Shown here piece after piece: positions 1-8,851 of a stretch of 52,397 nt of DNA. Location: assembly GCA_964428485.1 (NCBI GenBank), contig CAYRYP010000002.1:1831-54227 (forward strand). Reading direction: 5' to 3'. Positions within the stretch are counted from its first letter, which is position 1, and every line of letters begins with the position of its first letter. Under the pieces are notes generated by a model. It had not been told where the DNA came from. It made no database searches and saw only the letters and a list, made by a program, of their open reading frames with translations. The stretch is from an uncultured Coriobacteriaceae bacterium. Its GTDB lineage: Bacteria > Actinomycetota > Coriobacteriia > Coriobacteriales > CADBOM01. A program made the position numbers and the translations under genes.

Positions 1-4
1 CGAG

Positions 5-1957
5 GTGGCTATCGTGTCCTTGGAAATCGTAGGGTTTCTGATCCTATTTCCACTGGTGCCCGCTGCGCTGATATGGGTGGTTCGTAACGCACGGTTTCGC
101 AACGCGGTCACCTTCATCGGCAGCGCTGTCATAATCGTGGCTTCGATTGCGCTCGCCGCGATGCATCTCGTTGGCAGCCCCGTCTACATCTCGTTCGACT
201 CCACCGTCGTGAGCTGGATACTGTTCGCGGTGGACATGCTGATGTGCCTCATCGTCTTGGTTCAGGCGATCAGGCACAGACGCTGGCTTGCTCTCGTGCT
301 CGCGCTGATCCAGGCATCTGTCGTATGCGCTATCGAGTTCACCGTGGCCCACGACATACATGTCGCCAACGGCCTCTACGTCGATTCCCTCAGCGCGATC
401 ATGGTGCTCATGATCGGGGTGATCGGCAGTCTCATCTGCATCTACGCGGTTGGCTACATGCGCGATTTTGCCTCTCTTCATGAGGGAGACGAGCGCAGGC
501 AGCCACTCTTCTTCTCGCTGATGTTCGTGTTTCTGTCGGCGATGTTTCTGATCGTCCTCTCCGACAATCTCTCCTGGATGTTCGCCGGCTGGGAGGTCAC
601 CACCGTCTGCTCGTTCCTTCTCATCGGCTATACCCGCACCGAGACCGCCATCAACAACTGCTTCAGGCAGGTATACATGAACCTGATCGGAGGAATCGCG
701 TTTGGGGCTGCGATCCTGCTGGTGGGGTTCTCTCAGCAGATACTCTCGCTGTCCGAGCTCGTAGCAATGGCCAGCTCCGGAGCTCTCGTCTCCGCCGCTC
801 TCATGCTGCCGGTTGCGCTGCTGGCGGTCTCCGGCCTGATCAAATCCGCCCAGGCTCCGTTTCACTCATGGCTGCTGGGGGCGATGGTCGCACCCACTCC
901 CACAAGCGCACTCCTGCACTCATCCACGATGGTGAAGGCGGGTGTCTTTCTGTTGGTGAAGCTCTCGCCCTGCCTGGGCATGAACTTTCCGGGCATGATG
1001 GTGGTGTTTGTGGGCGGTGCGACGTTTCTGTTCACCTCGCTGATGGCGGTTGCCCAAACCGACGCCAAGCGCGTTCTCGCGTACTCGACCGTCGCTAACC
1101 TCGGGCTCGTGGCGTTGTGCGCCGGCATCGGAACCGTCGAGGGGGTTTGGGCCGCAACGTTTCTCATGGTCTTCCACGCGGCAACCAAGGCGATGCTCTT
1201 CATGTGTGTTGGGACGGCGGAGCACCACATCGGCTCGCGAGACATCGAGTGCATGGACAACCTCTTCGTTCGCATGCCGAGGTTGGCGCGCATAATGGGG
1301 GCGGGGATGCTGTGCATGTTCGTGGCGCCCTTCGGTATGCTTGTCTCCAAGTGGGCCACCATGGTCTCGGTCGTCGATGCCGGTAACCTGATCGCACTGA
1401 TGCTCGTAGCCTTCGGCAGCGCCCCCACGTTCTTCTTCTGGGCGAAGTGGCTCGGTAAGATTAGCGCCGTCGGCCCCACCGCCGACAACGTTGAGGGTGG
1501 GGTCCATCGCTGCGAGTGGGTGGCGGTAGGAACGTGCATCGCGCTCTCCCTCGCTCTGTGTGTTGCGATGCCGGCCGCCTCGTCGCTCGTGGTCACACCA
1601 TACGCCGACATGATGTTTACCGCCGAGGTTGTGGGGGTCAACGCTACGATCGGGCCAGAACCCTACCTGATCTTCACGGCGGCGCTCACTGTTGTTCTGA
1701 TGGTGCTGTACCTCGCGATGTTCAACCGAGACCACGTTCGTAGACGGAGCGTCTACATGGCCGGAATCTCCACCGACCCCGACAAGCGGGAGTTCATGGG
1801 GGCGATGGGTATGCGCCGAGTCGCCACCACGGCCAACTGGACCATAGTCGAGTGGTTCTCAGAGCGGGTTCTCGATAGGCCCGCATGCATCGTCTGCATC
1901 GTGCTTATATGCGCGGGACTGGTTGCCTCGGCACTCGGAGGGGGTGCCCTTCTGTGA
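5..1957 (+). CDS. echA: Ech-type (group 4) energy-converting [NiFe] hydrogenase, antiporter-like membrane subunit (NuoL/HyfB family)
   Basis: 650-aa polytopic membrane ORF with NuoL/Mrp-antiporter-like segments (WEVTTVCSFLLIGY, SALLHSSTMVKAGVFLL, AYSTVANLG). It is the first gene of an A-B-C-D/E-F ordered operon. The GTG start lies 4 nt from the window edge, so the N-terminus may be incomplete. Confidence 0.8.
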   Translation: MAIVSLEIVGFLILFPLVPAALIWVVRNARFRNAVTFIGSAVIIVASIALAAMHLVGSPVYISFDSTVVSWILFAVDMLMCLIVLVQAIRHRRWLALVLALIQASVVCAIEFTVAHDIHVANGLYVDSLSAIMVLMIGVIGSLICIYAVGYMRDFASLHEGDERRQPLFFSLMFVFLSAMFLIVLSDNLSWMFAGWEVTTVCSFLLIGYTRTETAINNCFRQVYMNLIGGIAFGAAILLVGFSQQILSLSELVAMASSGALVSAALMLPVALLAVSGLIKSAQAPFHSWLLGAMVAPTPTSALLHSSTMVKAGVFLLVKLSPCLGMNFPGMMVVFVGGATFLFTSLMAVAQTDAKRVLAYSTVANLGLVALCAGIGTVEGVWAATFLMVFHAATKAMLFMCVGTAEHHIGSRDIECMDNLFVRMPRLARIMGAGMLCMFVAPFGMLVSKWATMVSVVDAGNLIALMLVAFGSAPTFFFWAKWLGKISAVGPTADNVEGGVHRCEWVAVGTCIALSLALCVAMPAASSLVVTPYADMMFTAEVVGVNATIGPEPYLIFTAALTVVLMVLYLAMFNRDHVRRRSVYMAGISTDPDKREFMGAMGMRRVATTANWTIVEWFSERVLDRPACIVCIVLICAGLVASALGGGALL

Positions 1958-1959
1958 AC

Positions 1960-2835
1960 ATGATGGTCTTCTCTATAGTGGGAGCGGTCGCCTTCGTGGT
2001 CGTCGGCCCATTTCTAGGGATGCTGATCGCGGGCGTCGATCGCAGGATCACTGCTCGGATGCAGCGCAGGGTCGGTCCGCCCATCTTGCAGCCGCTCTAC
2101 GATGTGGCCAAGCTCCTTAACAAGGATAGGGTCGCGGTGAACGGCGTCATCGATTTCTACGTGATGATCGCCTTGATCACGGCGGTTATAGCGGGAGTCA
2201 TATTCTTCTCCGGGGGCAATCTACTGCTGTCGGTATTCATGCTCACGCTCTCCTCGCTGTTTGTGGTGATCGCTGCCTACAGTGCAAGATCGCCATATTC
2301 CGACGTAGGAGCTCAGAGGGAGAACCTGCAGGTCATGGCCTACGAGCCGCTTATGCTGCTGATGCCAATGGCGGTCTATCTCGCGTGTGGATCTCCCGAT
2401 GTGGCGGCGCTATCGTTCGGCGAGCTCCCGCTTATCGCGAGCATCCCACTGGTGTTCCTCGCGTTCCTGTTCATTCTCACGATCAAACTCCACAAGTCGC
2501 CGTTCGATCTCGCACAGTCCCACCACATGCATCAGGAGATCGTGCGGGGGGTCACGACGGAGATGAGCGGCCGCACGCTCGCGATGATAGAGATTATGGA
2601 TTGGTACGAGACGGTTCTTCTCTTGGGCATGGTGGGTATGTTCTTTGTGAACTCGGCCTGGTGGTCGTGGATAATCGCCATCGTGGTCGCTGCCCTCGCC
2701 CTCATCCTGGAGATTCTCATCGACAACAACTCCGCGCGAGTTAAGTGGAAGACTCTTCTTACGGCTTCGTGGTTGGTTACGTTCGTGCTCGTGGGCATCA
2801 ATCTGGCCTTCCTGCAGTTTGCGGCGGTCCTGTAG
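1960..2835 (+). CDS. echB: Ech-type hydrogenase membrane subunit (NuoH/HycD family)
   Basis: The ATG at 1960 lies 2 nt after the echA stop (TGA 1955-1957). The product is about 291 aa and multi-TM with NuoH-like segments (RMQRRVGPPILQPLYDVAKLL, KSPFDLAQSHH..EIVRG). The ORF-track extension back to 1885 overlaps echA and is not needed. Confidence 0.8.
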   Translation: MMVFSIVGAVAFVVVGPFLGMLIAGVDRRITARMQRRVGPPILQPLYDVAKLLNKDRVAVNGVIDFYVMIALITAVIAGVIFFSGGNLLLSVFMLTLSSLFVVIAAYSARSPYSDVGAQRENLQVMAYEPLMLLMPMAVYLACGSPDVAALSFGELPLIASIPLVFLAFLFILTIKLHKSPFDLAQSHHMHQEIVRGVTTEMSGRTLAMIEIMDWYETVLLLGMVGMFFVNSAWWSWIIAIVVAALALILEILIDNNSARVKWKTLLTASWLVTFVLVGINLAFLQFAAVL

Positions 2836-2853
2836 AGGCTTTAGAGGTGCGAG

Positions 2854-3516
2854 ATGAGAATAGGAAAAGGAAACAAGACATCCACCGGGCTCTCGCCATG
2901 GGTGCTTCACTACAACGGATCGAGTTGCAACGGCTGCGACATCGAGGTTCTGGCGACTTTCACTCCGCGGTTTGACGTGGAGAGGTTCGGGATCCTGAAC
3001 ACCGGAAACCCCAAGCACGCCGACATACTGCTGATCACGGGTGGCATCAACAACCAGAACATCCCGGTTCTGCAGCAGCTCTATACCCAGATGCTCGAGC
3101 CCAAGGTGGTTGTGGCATGCGGGGTGTGCGCGTGCAGCGGCGGCATCTTCCGCGAGTGCTACAACACGGTGGGTGGGGCCGATTCGGTCATCCCCGTCGA
3201 TGTCTACGCTCCCGGATGCGCGGTGCGCCCCGAGGCTATCATCGATGCGGTGATCGAGGGGGTCGAGATCCTGGAGCGCAGGAGGCGTAAGCTGCGCGAT
3301 GGGCTGCCGATCGACGCCGGCACCCTGGCCTCCACCCCAGACGAGGGAGTCGCCGCACCCAATGTCCCGATCGACTCTATCGGGACTGGGCTGGTGGACC
3401 CGACGCTTCCGCGTGACGTGAGGGCAGGGGAGATCTTACGCGAGAGACAGGTGTTCATTCCCGCTCCTCGCAAGAAGGCGGAGAGCGGTTCTTCGGAAGG
3501 TGATCAGCGTGGCTGA
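2854..3516 (+). CDS. echC: Ech-type hydrogenase small subunit (NuoB family, proximal [4Fe-4S])
   Basis: Cys ligand pattern CNGCDIEV ... GVCACSGGIF ... PGCAVRPE, typical of NuoB/hydrogenase small subunits. It carries a low-complexity C-terminal tail of about 70 aa beyond the usual domain end. Confidence 0.85.
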   Translation: MRIGKGNKTSTGLSPWVLHYNGSSCNGCDIEVLATFTPRFDVERFGILNTGNPKHADILLITGGINNQNIPVLQQLYTQMLEPKVVVACGVCACSGGIFRECYNTVGGADSVIPVDVYAPGCAVRPEAIIDAVIEGVEILERRRRKLRDGLPIDAGTLASTPDEGVAAPNVPIDSIGTGLVDPTLPRDVRAGEILRERQVFIPAPRKKAESGSSEGDQRG

Positions 3517-5161
3517 CAACGTTGGAGGTTTTCGGACGAGAGTTGCTGAGGTGGGGCTCCATGCGTCAGGCGCGATGATTGGGGCGGTGCCGGTCTTCGA
3601 CGTGTTGCCTCTAGACATTGACCGGGTGGTCGAGGAGGCAGCGCAAAGACGCGCCGCCGATTGGCGCATGATCCAGATATGTGCCTCGACGGTGGAGGAT
3701 GGGGTTGAGCTCACGTACACCTTCATCAAGGGCATTGACGGGGAGTGTCTCGTTGTGGTGGTCCCGGATGGCGCGACGATACCCTCCATAACCGGCCAGT
3801 ATCCCATCGCGTTCGTCTACGAAAATGAGATTCAGGACCTCTATGGCATCCGCGTCGAAGGACTTACTCCCGACTTCAAGGGGAGCTTCTACAATGTGTC
3901 CATCCCGGCTCCGATGAACCCGAGGGCCTCTGAGGAGGGTGAGTCCGTCGCCTCGGATGACGCGTCCGAGATGCAGTCCCGTCCAGCCCAGCCGACGGAT
4001 GGCGATGGCCGCGCGCTCGATGGCGCCGTCACCACCGAAGGACCGCACGGTTCGGATAGTCCCGAGGCACCCAAGCGCACGGTGATCCCGTTTGGGCCGC
4101 AGCACCCTGTTCTCCCCGAGCCGTTGCATCTGAGCTTGGAGTTGGAGGACGAGCGCGTGGTGGCGGCGATTCCCCAGATGGGATTTGTGCACAGGGGGCT
4201 CGAGAAGCTGGTGCAGCTCAAGGACTATCAGCACTTTGTCCACGTCGCCGAGCGCATATGCGGGATATGCAGCTTTGGCCACAGCTACGGCTATTCCCAG
4301 TCGGTCGAGCAGCTCATGGGAATCGAGATACCGCCAAGGGCTGACTTCCTGCGGGTGATATGGAACGAGTTGTCCAGGATCCACAGTCACCTGATGTGGC
4401 TGGGGCTCATGGCCGACGCCTTCGGGTTCGAGAATCTCTTCTACCAGTGCTGGAGCCTCCGCGAGGTGGTACTCAACATCTTCGAGCGCACGGCCGGCGG
4501 CAGGGTCATTCTGTCGGTATGCAACGTCGGCGGGGTTAACCTCGATATCGTGGACGCTGATCTCAGGCAGATCCTCGACGAGATCATGGAGATGCAGGTG
4601 GAGTACCGAAAGATCACCCGCGCCTTCCTGGACGATGTTACGGTCAGGAGTCGTCTCGTGGGGGTGGGAATTTTGCCCAAGGAGGATGCGATCAGGCTCG
4701 GTTGCGTCGGTCCCTTCGCACGTGCCTCGGGGGTCGCCATCGACGTGAGGGCTCACGGCATCGGGGCGTATGCCTCGATTGAGGGCTTCGAGCCGGTCAC
4801 GACGGATGACTGTGACGGCTTCGGTAGGGTGTGGGTGCGCATCGAGGAGGTCAACCAGTCCATCGACATCATCAGAGAGCTCGTCTCCAAGATCCCGCAG
4901 GGTCCTGTTTCCGTGAAGGTCAAGCCGTCGGAGAAGCCGGAGGCAGGTTCACGTGCCCTCGTCAGGATCGAGCAGCCCCGTGGGGAGGCCCTCTACTTGA
5001 CAAAGGGCAACGGCACCAAGTTCCTCGACAGGTTTCGCGTGCGAACCCCCACGAGCCAAAACCTTGCCGGTCTGCTGAAGATACTCGAGGGATGCGACCT
5101 GGCGGACGTGCCGATCAACATCTTGACGATCGATCCGTGCATAAGCTGTACCGAGAGGTAG
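3500..5161 (+). CDS. echE: Fused NuoC-like (EchD) + [NiFe] large subunit (EchE, NuoD-like)
   Basis: The N-terminal 135 aa or so are NuoC-like. An acidic/Pro-rich linker follows at 3905-4078. The NuoD-like core starts at GPQHPVLPEP and has the N-terminal Ni-Fe ligands RICGICSFGH (from 4259). The protein ends with DPCISCTER directly at the C-terminus, with no protease-cleaved extension. A GTG start at 3500 or 3509 overlaps the echC stop. Confidence 0.85.
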   Translation: MISVADNVGGFRTRVAEVGLHASGAMIGAVPVFDVLPLDIDRVVEEAAQRRAADWRMIQICASTVEDGVELTYTFIKGIDGECLVVVVPDGATIPSITGQYPIAFVYENEIQDLYGIRVEGLTPDFKGSFYNVSIPAPMNPRASEEGESVASDDASEMQSRPAQPTDGDGRALDGAVTTEGPHGSDSPEAPKRTVIPFGPQHPVLPEPLHLSLELEDERVVAAIPQMGFVHRGLEKLVQLKDYQHFVHVAERICGICSFGHSYGYSQSVEQLMGIEIPPRADFLRVIWNELSRIHSHLMWLGLMADAFGFENLFYQCWSLREVVLNIFERTAGGRVILSVCNVGGVNLDIVDADLRQILDEIMEMQVEYRKITRAFLDDVTVRSRLVGVGILPKEDAIRLGCVGPFARASGVAIDVRAHGIGAYASIEGFEPVTTDDCDGFGRVWVRIEEVNQSIDIIRELVSKIPQGPVSVKVKPSEKPEAGSRALVRIEQPRGEALYLTKGNGTKFLDRFRVRTPTSQNLAGLLKILEGCDLADVPINILTIDPCISCTER

Positions 5162-5164
5162 GGC

Positions 5165-5512
5165 GTGGTTGCGATGAAGTTCTTCAAGCTGGGGAAGAGA
5201 TCGCTTTCGGGCATGGTGTCGGAGCCCGACACCGTACGCTATCCGGAGGTTTCATACGAGCCCCATATCAACTCTAAGGGCAGCATGGAGATCGACATGG
5301 ATGAGTGCGTTTTGTGCGGGATGTGCGCGAGGGGCTGCCCCACCTACGCGATAGTTGTGGACAAGGGCAACAAGACCTGGAAAATCAACCACTTCATGTG
5401 TATACAGTGTGAGGCATGTATGCGCGCGTGCCCTAAGCAATGCCTCTACGTGAGACCCCATTGGCAGAGCCCATCTACCAACCGCCACGACTGGCATGTC
5501 TTTACCGCGTAA
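5165..5512 (+). CDS. echF: Ech-type hydrogenase 2x[4Fe-4S] ferredoxin-like subunit (NuoI family)
   Basis: Two CxxCxxCxxxCP motifs (CVLCGMCARGCP, CIQCEACMRACP). It lies immediately after the large subunit. Confidence 0.8.
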   Translation: MVAMKFFKLGKRSLSGMVSEPDTVRYPEVSYEPHINSKGSMEIDMDECVLCGMCARGCPTYAIVVDKGNKTWKINHFMCIQCEACMRACPKQCLYVRPHWQSPSTNRHDWHVFTA

Positions 5513-5574
5513 GTCGATGAAGTGGCCGGCGGCAAAGGTGGGCAGGTGCAGGCGAAGGGTTGGTGCCCTCCCGG

Positions 5575-5583
5575 TGATATGAT
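5575..5583 (+). promoter_or_regulatory. Candidate extended -10 promoter element (TGaTATGAT) for pgsA
   Basis: TGnTAnnnT in the echF-pgsA gap, about 77 nt upstream of the SD-preceded ATG at 5660. The same grammar recurs upstream of rpmF, the 31500 gene, tRNA-Arg and rplU. Confidence 0.35.
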
Positions 5584-5659
5584 GTCTTCGGATGCGCCCG
5601 CGATCGCTCGCCGTTCTCGGCTGCCCCAGGGCGCGGTCGGGAATTTGAGAGGAGGATCG

Positions 5660-6373
5660 ATGGGAGACACGAAGTCAGGTCGCCAGAATAATGCCGGCGC
5701 CGACGGCGCAGGTCCTCCCTTTTGGCGCACCGGTGAGGATCGCATCCTTACTCTTCCCAACATCATTTCATTGCTTCGCCTAATCATGATCCCGGTCTTC
5801 TTTGTGGTCTACGTCTTCTATGGACAAGTGATCCTAGGCGCCATCATCTTCGCGGCTGCAGCGGCTACCGACTGGCTTGATGGCCAGATCGCCAGGGGTA
5901 CCAACAGCGTCACCAAGCTGGGCAAGTTGCTGGATCCGTTTAACGACCGTGTACTTCTCATATTCGGGGTGATCGCGATCTTCGTCACCGGACGCATCCC
6001 CCTGTGGATCATGATCCTTGTATTCGCGCGTGACATAATCTTGGGAATCCTCCTTCTCTGGATGAAGAGGACCCACGGCAACGAGATCACGGTGGCCTAC
6101 GTTGGCAAGTTCGCCACCGCCTTCATGATGTTTGCTTTCTGCATGCTGATGCTCAACTGGCCGTTGGTCGGCGGGCTCGACTGGTTCGAGATATCATGGC
6201 TGCCAGGTTTCGGCGCGGGTGACGTGTCGCTCGGCATTTTCTTCGCGTATGTGGGCGTCGTCCTCCAGTGGATCGCCGCCGCCCTCTATCTCTACAGGGG
6301 GATCAGGTATGGGACCACGGCGGCAGACCATGGCATCTCCAATACCTCCGACAGAGAAGGAAAGGTCGCCTAG
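5660..6373 (+). CDS. pgsA: CDP-diacylglycerol--glycerol-3-phosphate 3-phosphatidyltransferase (CDP-alcohol phosphatidyltransferase family)
   Basis: Signature DWLDGQIARGTNSVTKLGKLLDPFNDRV, matching D-x2-DG-x2-AR-x8-G-x3-D-x3-D. Multi-TM. The ATG at 5660 is preceded by AGGAGG. The ORF-track start at 5522 adds an unlikely Gly/Arg-rich head. Confidence 0.85.
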   Translation: MGDTKSGRQNNAGADGAGPPFWRTGEDRILTLPNIISLLRLIMIPVFFVVYVFYGQVILGAIIFAAAAATDWLDGQIARGTNSVTKLGKLLDPFNDRVLLIFGVIAIFVTGRIPLWIMILVFARDIILGILLLWMKRTHGNEITVAYVGKFATAFMMFAFCMLMLNWPLVGGLDWFEISWLPGFGAGDVSLGIFFAYVGVVLQWIAAALYLYRGIRYGTTAADHGISNTSDREGKVA

Positions 6374-8632
6374 ATGTCCAGCGACAGGTCATCTCGCCGA
6401 TCGAGCGGGTCGTCCCTGTCGGGCGGTAGGCCTGCCAGGAGGCCGGCATCCAGAAACCCTAGAAGGGGCAATGGGGGCGATTTCGGATCGGGCGTTGGTC
6501 TCACATCCTCCAGGAAGGGGGTGTCTGGGCGCTCCTCTTCCAGGAGGCAGCGCACGAGTGGCCACGGTGGCGGCTATGGCGGACGTGGTTACGGCTCTTC
6601 CGCCAAGACCGGGTCGTGGCCGAGCAGGCACAAGATCCTTACTGTCATTCTCGCCCTCGCCATTGCCCTGATGCTTTTCTGTGCGGTGGACGCCATCGCC
6701 ACGGGAAACAGGATTCACGCGCGTGTGAGTATCGCCGGGCTGGATTTGGGCGGCATGACCGTGGAGGAGGCCGCAACCGCAATAGATGAAGCGTTCTCCT
6801 CGCAGGTCAGTGATGGCCAGATCCTGTTGTACGAGGACGAGGAGTCTGTGAACTCCGATTCCACCGCAACCGAGATAACCTTCGACTACGAGACGCTCCA
6901 ATCCTACGAGACCACCCCGCCAGAGGGCCCGGTTTTCTCCATAGATCCGACCCTGGTCGGCGCGTACGTGGATTCCGAGGCGCTTGCCCAGCAGGCCTAC
7001 GAGATCGGTCGCGGCTGGAATTTCATCTTTGGCAGGCTCGCCACCACGCTGTTTGGAGCCAGCATCGATCTGCGCGTTTCTATGGAAGACACCAATGTGG
7101 AGGCGCTCGCGAGCATTCTGGATAACGCGCTGGGGCAGGTCATGGTCAACCCGAACATCACCTTCTCCGAGGGAACCTTCACCACCACCTCAGGAAACGA
7201 CGGCTACATGGTTGTACGCGACAGCTTCACCTCGCTTCTCGAAACGGCGATGCTGTCCTCTGGGGACGAGAGGTACCTTGTGGTACCGATGGAGGAGGTC
7301 AAGACCGAGGTCACGGACGAGGACGCGCAGGAGGCGGCGGAGATCGCCCAAGCCGCCATCTCCGAGTCGGTGGAGATGACCTACGAGAGCTCCGCTTCCT
7401 GGACGCTAGACTCCGATTTTCTGGGTCAGTCCATCTCGACGTTTGTGAGGACCGGGTTGTTCGGGAATAACTCCCTGATTCCGTATGTGTCTAGCGAGAA
7501 CCTCGAGACTTTGGTGTCGTCGCTCGAGGGCATGGAGGATGTTGGGACCGCAGCGCAGAACGTGCACTTCACCTACGACGGTGAGACGCTGGAGTATACG
7601 GAGGCGCAGACCGGCATCGGGCCCAACTACATAGACATGGCCTCGCAGTTGAACTCGATCATGTTCTCCGACTCCGGACTGTGCCTCGAATCGGGAGAGA
7701 TCACCCAGGAGGAAGAGGACGAGTCGAAGGCCGCGGTGGCCGCCGCCACGGGTGAGGATCAGGAAGAGGAGCAGTCCGGATCCGCGGATGCGGATGCGGG
7801 CGAGGAGGGCGTCTCCCGCGAGGTGACCATGACCCTTGCGACGAGCTACCCCGACCTCACCTACGACGATGCCGTGGAGTTGGGGCTCACATCCAATCTG
7901 ATCTCCTCCTACACCACGCAGTTCAACGGAACCGGCAACAAGATAATCAACATCAAGTTGCTAGCGGACATTCTCACGAACACTGTGGTCGCGCCGGGCG
8001 AGACGTTCAGTCTCAACGACACTGCGGGCGAGTGCAACGCTGAGAAGGGGTTTCAGGAGGCGGGAACCATAATCAACGGGCGCGTAGAGTCGGAGATCGG
8101 GGGCGGCATCTGCCAGGTTGCCACCACGGTCTACGACGCCGCTTTTTTTGCCGGGTACCCCATCGACGAGCGTCACAACCACTCCAACTACGTCTCAACC
8201 TACGAGGACGGCATGGACGCCGCTATCGCCTACCCGTACTTCGATCTCAAATTCACCAACGACACCAACAACTACATGATCATCCTCGTCGACTACGACG
8301 ACTACTCGGTCACCTGCTCGCTGTGGGGGATCGACCCCGGCTACACGGTGGAATACGAGATGACGAGCTGGGAAGAGGGCGATGAGTACACCACGGAGAG
8401 GGAGTACGACGAGACCCTAGATCCAGGCACCGAGGTGGTGGTCTCGAGCGGCCTGAACGGACACAGCGTCACCATCATGAGATGGGTTTACTCATCCGAC
8501 GGGAGCCTGATAAGGGAGGAGAGTATAGTCTCGAATTACAGCGCCCGTACCCAGGTAGTTTCCTACGGACCGGAGGTCTCCGATACCAGCTCGGACGACG
8601 AGTCCACAGACGACACGGACGACTCCTCTTAG
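6374..8632 (+). CDS. VanW-family envelope protein with a peptidoglycan-binding-like N-domain and a C-terminal G5-like domain
   Basis: VanW core GGGICQVATTVYDAAFFAGYPIDERHNHS. One TM (ILTVILALAIALMLFCAV) follows an Arg/Ser/Gly-rich head. The G5-like end reads LDPGTEVVVSSGLNGHSVTIMRWVY..VVSYGP. There is an acidic Ser/Thr tail. The ATG abuts the pgsA stop. Confidence 0.8.
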   Translation: MSSDRSSRRSSGSSLSGGRPARRPASRNPRRGNGGDFGSGVGLTSSRKGVSGRSSSRRQRTSGHGGGYGGRGYGSSAKTGSWPSRHKILTVILALAIALMLFCAVDAIATGNRIHARVSIAGLDLGGMTVEEAATAIDEAFSSQVSDGQILLYEDEESVNSDSTATEITFDYETLQSYETTPPEGPVFSIDPTLVGAYVDSEALAQQAYEIGRGWNFIFGRLATTLFGASIDLRVSMEDTNVEALASILDNALGQVMVNPNITFSEGTFTTTSGNDGYMVVRDSFTSLLETAMLSSGDERYLVVPMEEVKTEVTDEDAQEAAEIAQAAISESVEMTYESSASWTLDSDFLGQSISTFVRTGLFGNNSLIPYVSSENLETLVSSLEGMEDVGTAAQNVHFTYDGETLEYTEAQTGIGPNYIDMASQLNSIMFSDSGLCLESGEITQEEEDESKAAVAAATGEDQEEEQSGSADADAGEEGVSREVTMTLATSYPDLTYDDAVELGLTSNLISSYTTQFNGTGNKIINIKLLADILTNTVVAPGETFSLNDTAGECNAEKGFQEAGTIINGRVESEIGGGICQVATTVYDAAFFAGYPIDERHNHSNYVSTYEDGMDAAIAYPYFDLKFTNDTNNYMIILVDYDDYSVTCSLWGIDPGYTVEYEMTSWEEGDEYTTEREYDETLDPGTEVVVSSGLNGHSVTIMRWVYSSDGSLIREESIVSNYSARTQVVSYGPEVSDTSSDDESTDDTDDSS

Positions 8633-8851
8633 AGTCCCTCCTAGAGCCTGTGGGGCTGGCGCCGAATAGTCCGCCAATGTCGCCCATTCGGGCTGTTTAC
8701 GGGGTTATCATACGCAGTTAGATTTCGCATTCGGCGCGGGCGTGCCAAGATGACACTCCCAATCTGCGCCCAAAGGGGCTGTTTTGAGGTCCTGAACATC
8801 CCGGGCGCGACACGTCGTCGGAATGCTACCGCTTTGACAAAAGCTAGCGAG

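Noticed and set aside
1885-1959. An apparent 73-nt overlap of the echB ORF with the echA 3' end.
   Set aside because: An in-frame ATG at 1960, 2 nt after the echA stop, gives a canonical-length NuoH-like protein. The upstream part is an ORF-calling artefact.
5522-5659. A long N-terminal extension of the pgsA ORF, as given in the ORF track.
   Set aside because: The extension is Gly/Arg/Pro-rich and contains a promoter-like TGaTATGAT. A strong AGGAGG SD precedes the internal ATG at 5660, which gives a normal-length enzyme.
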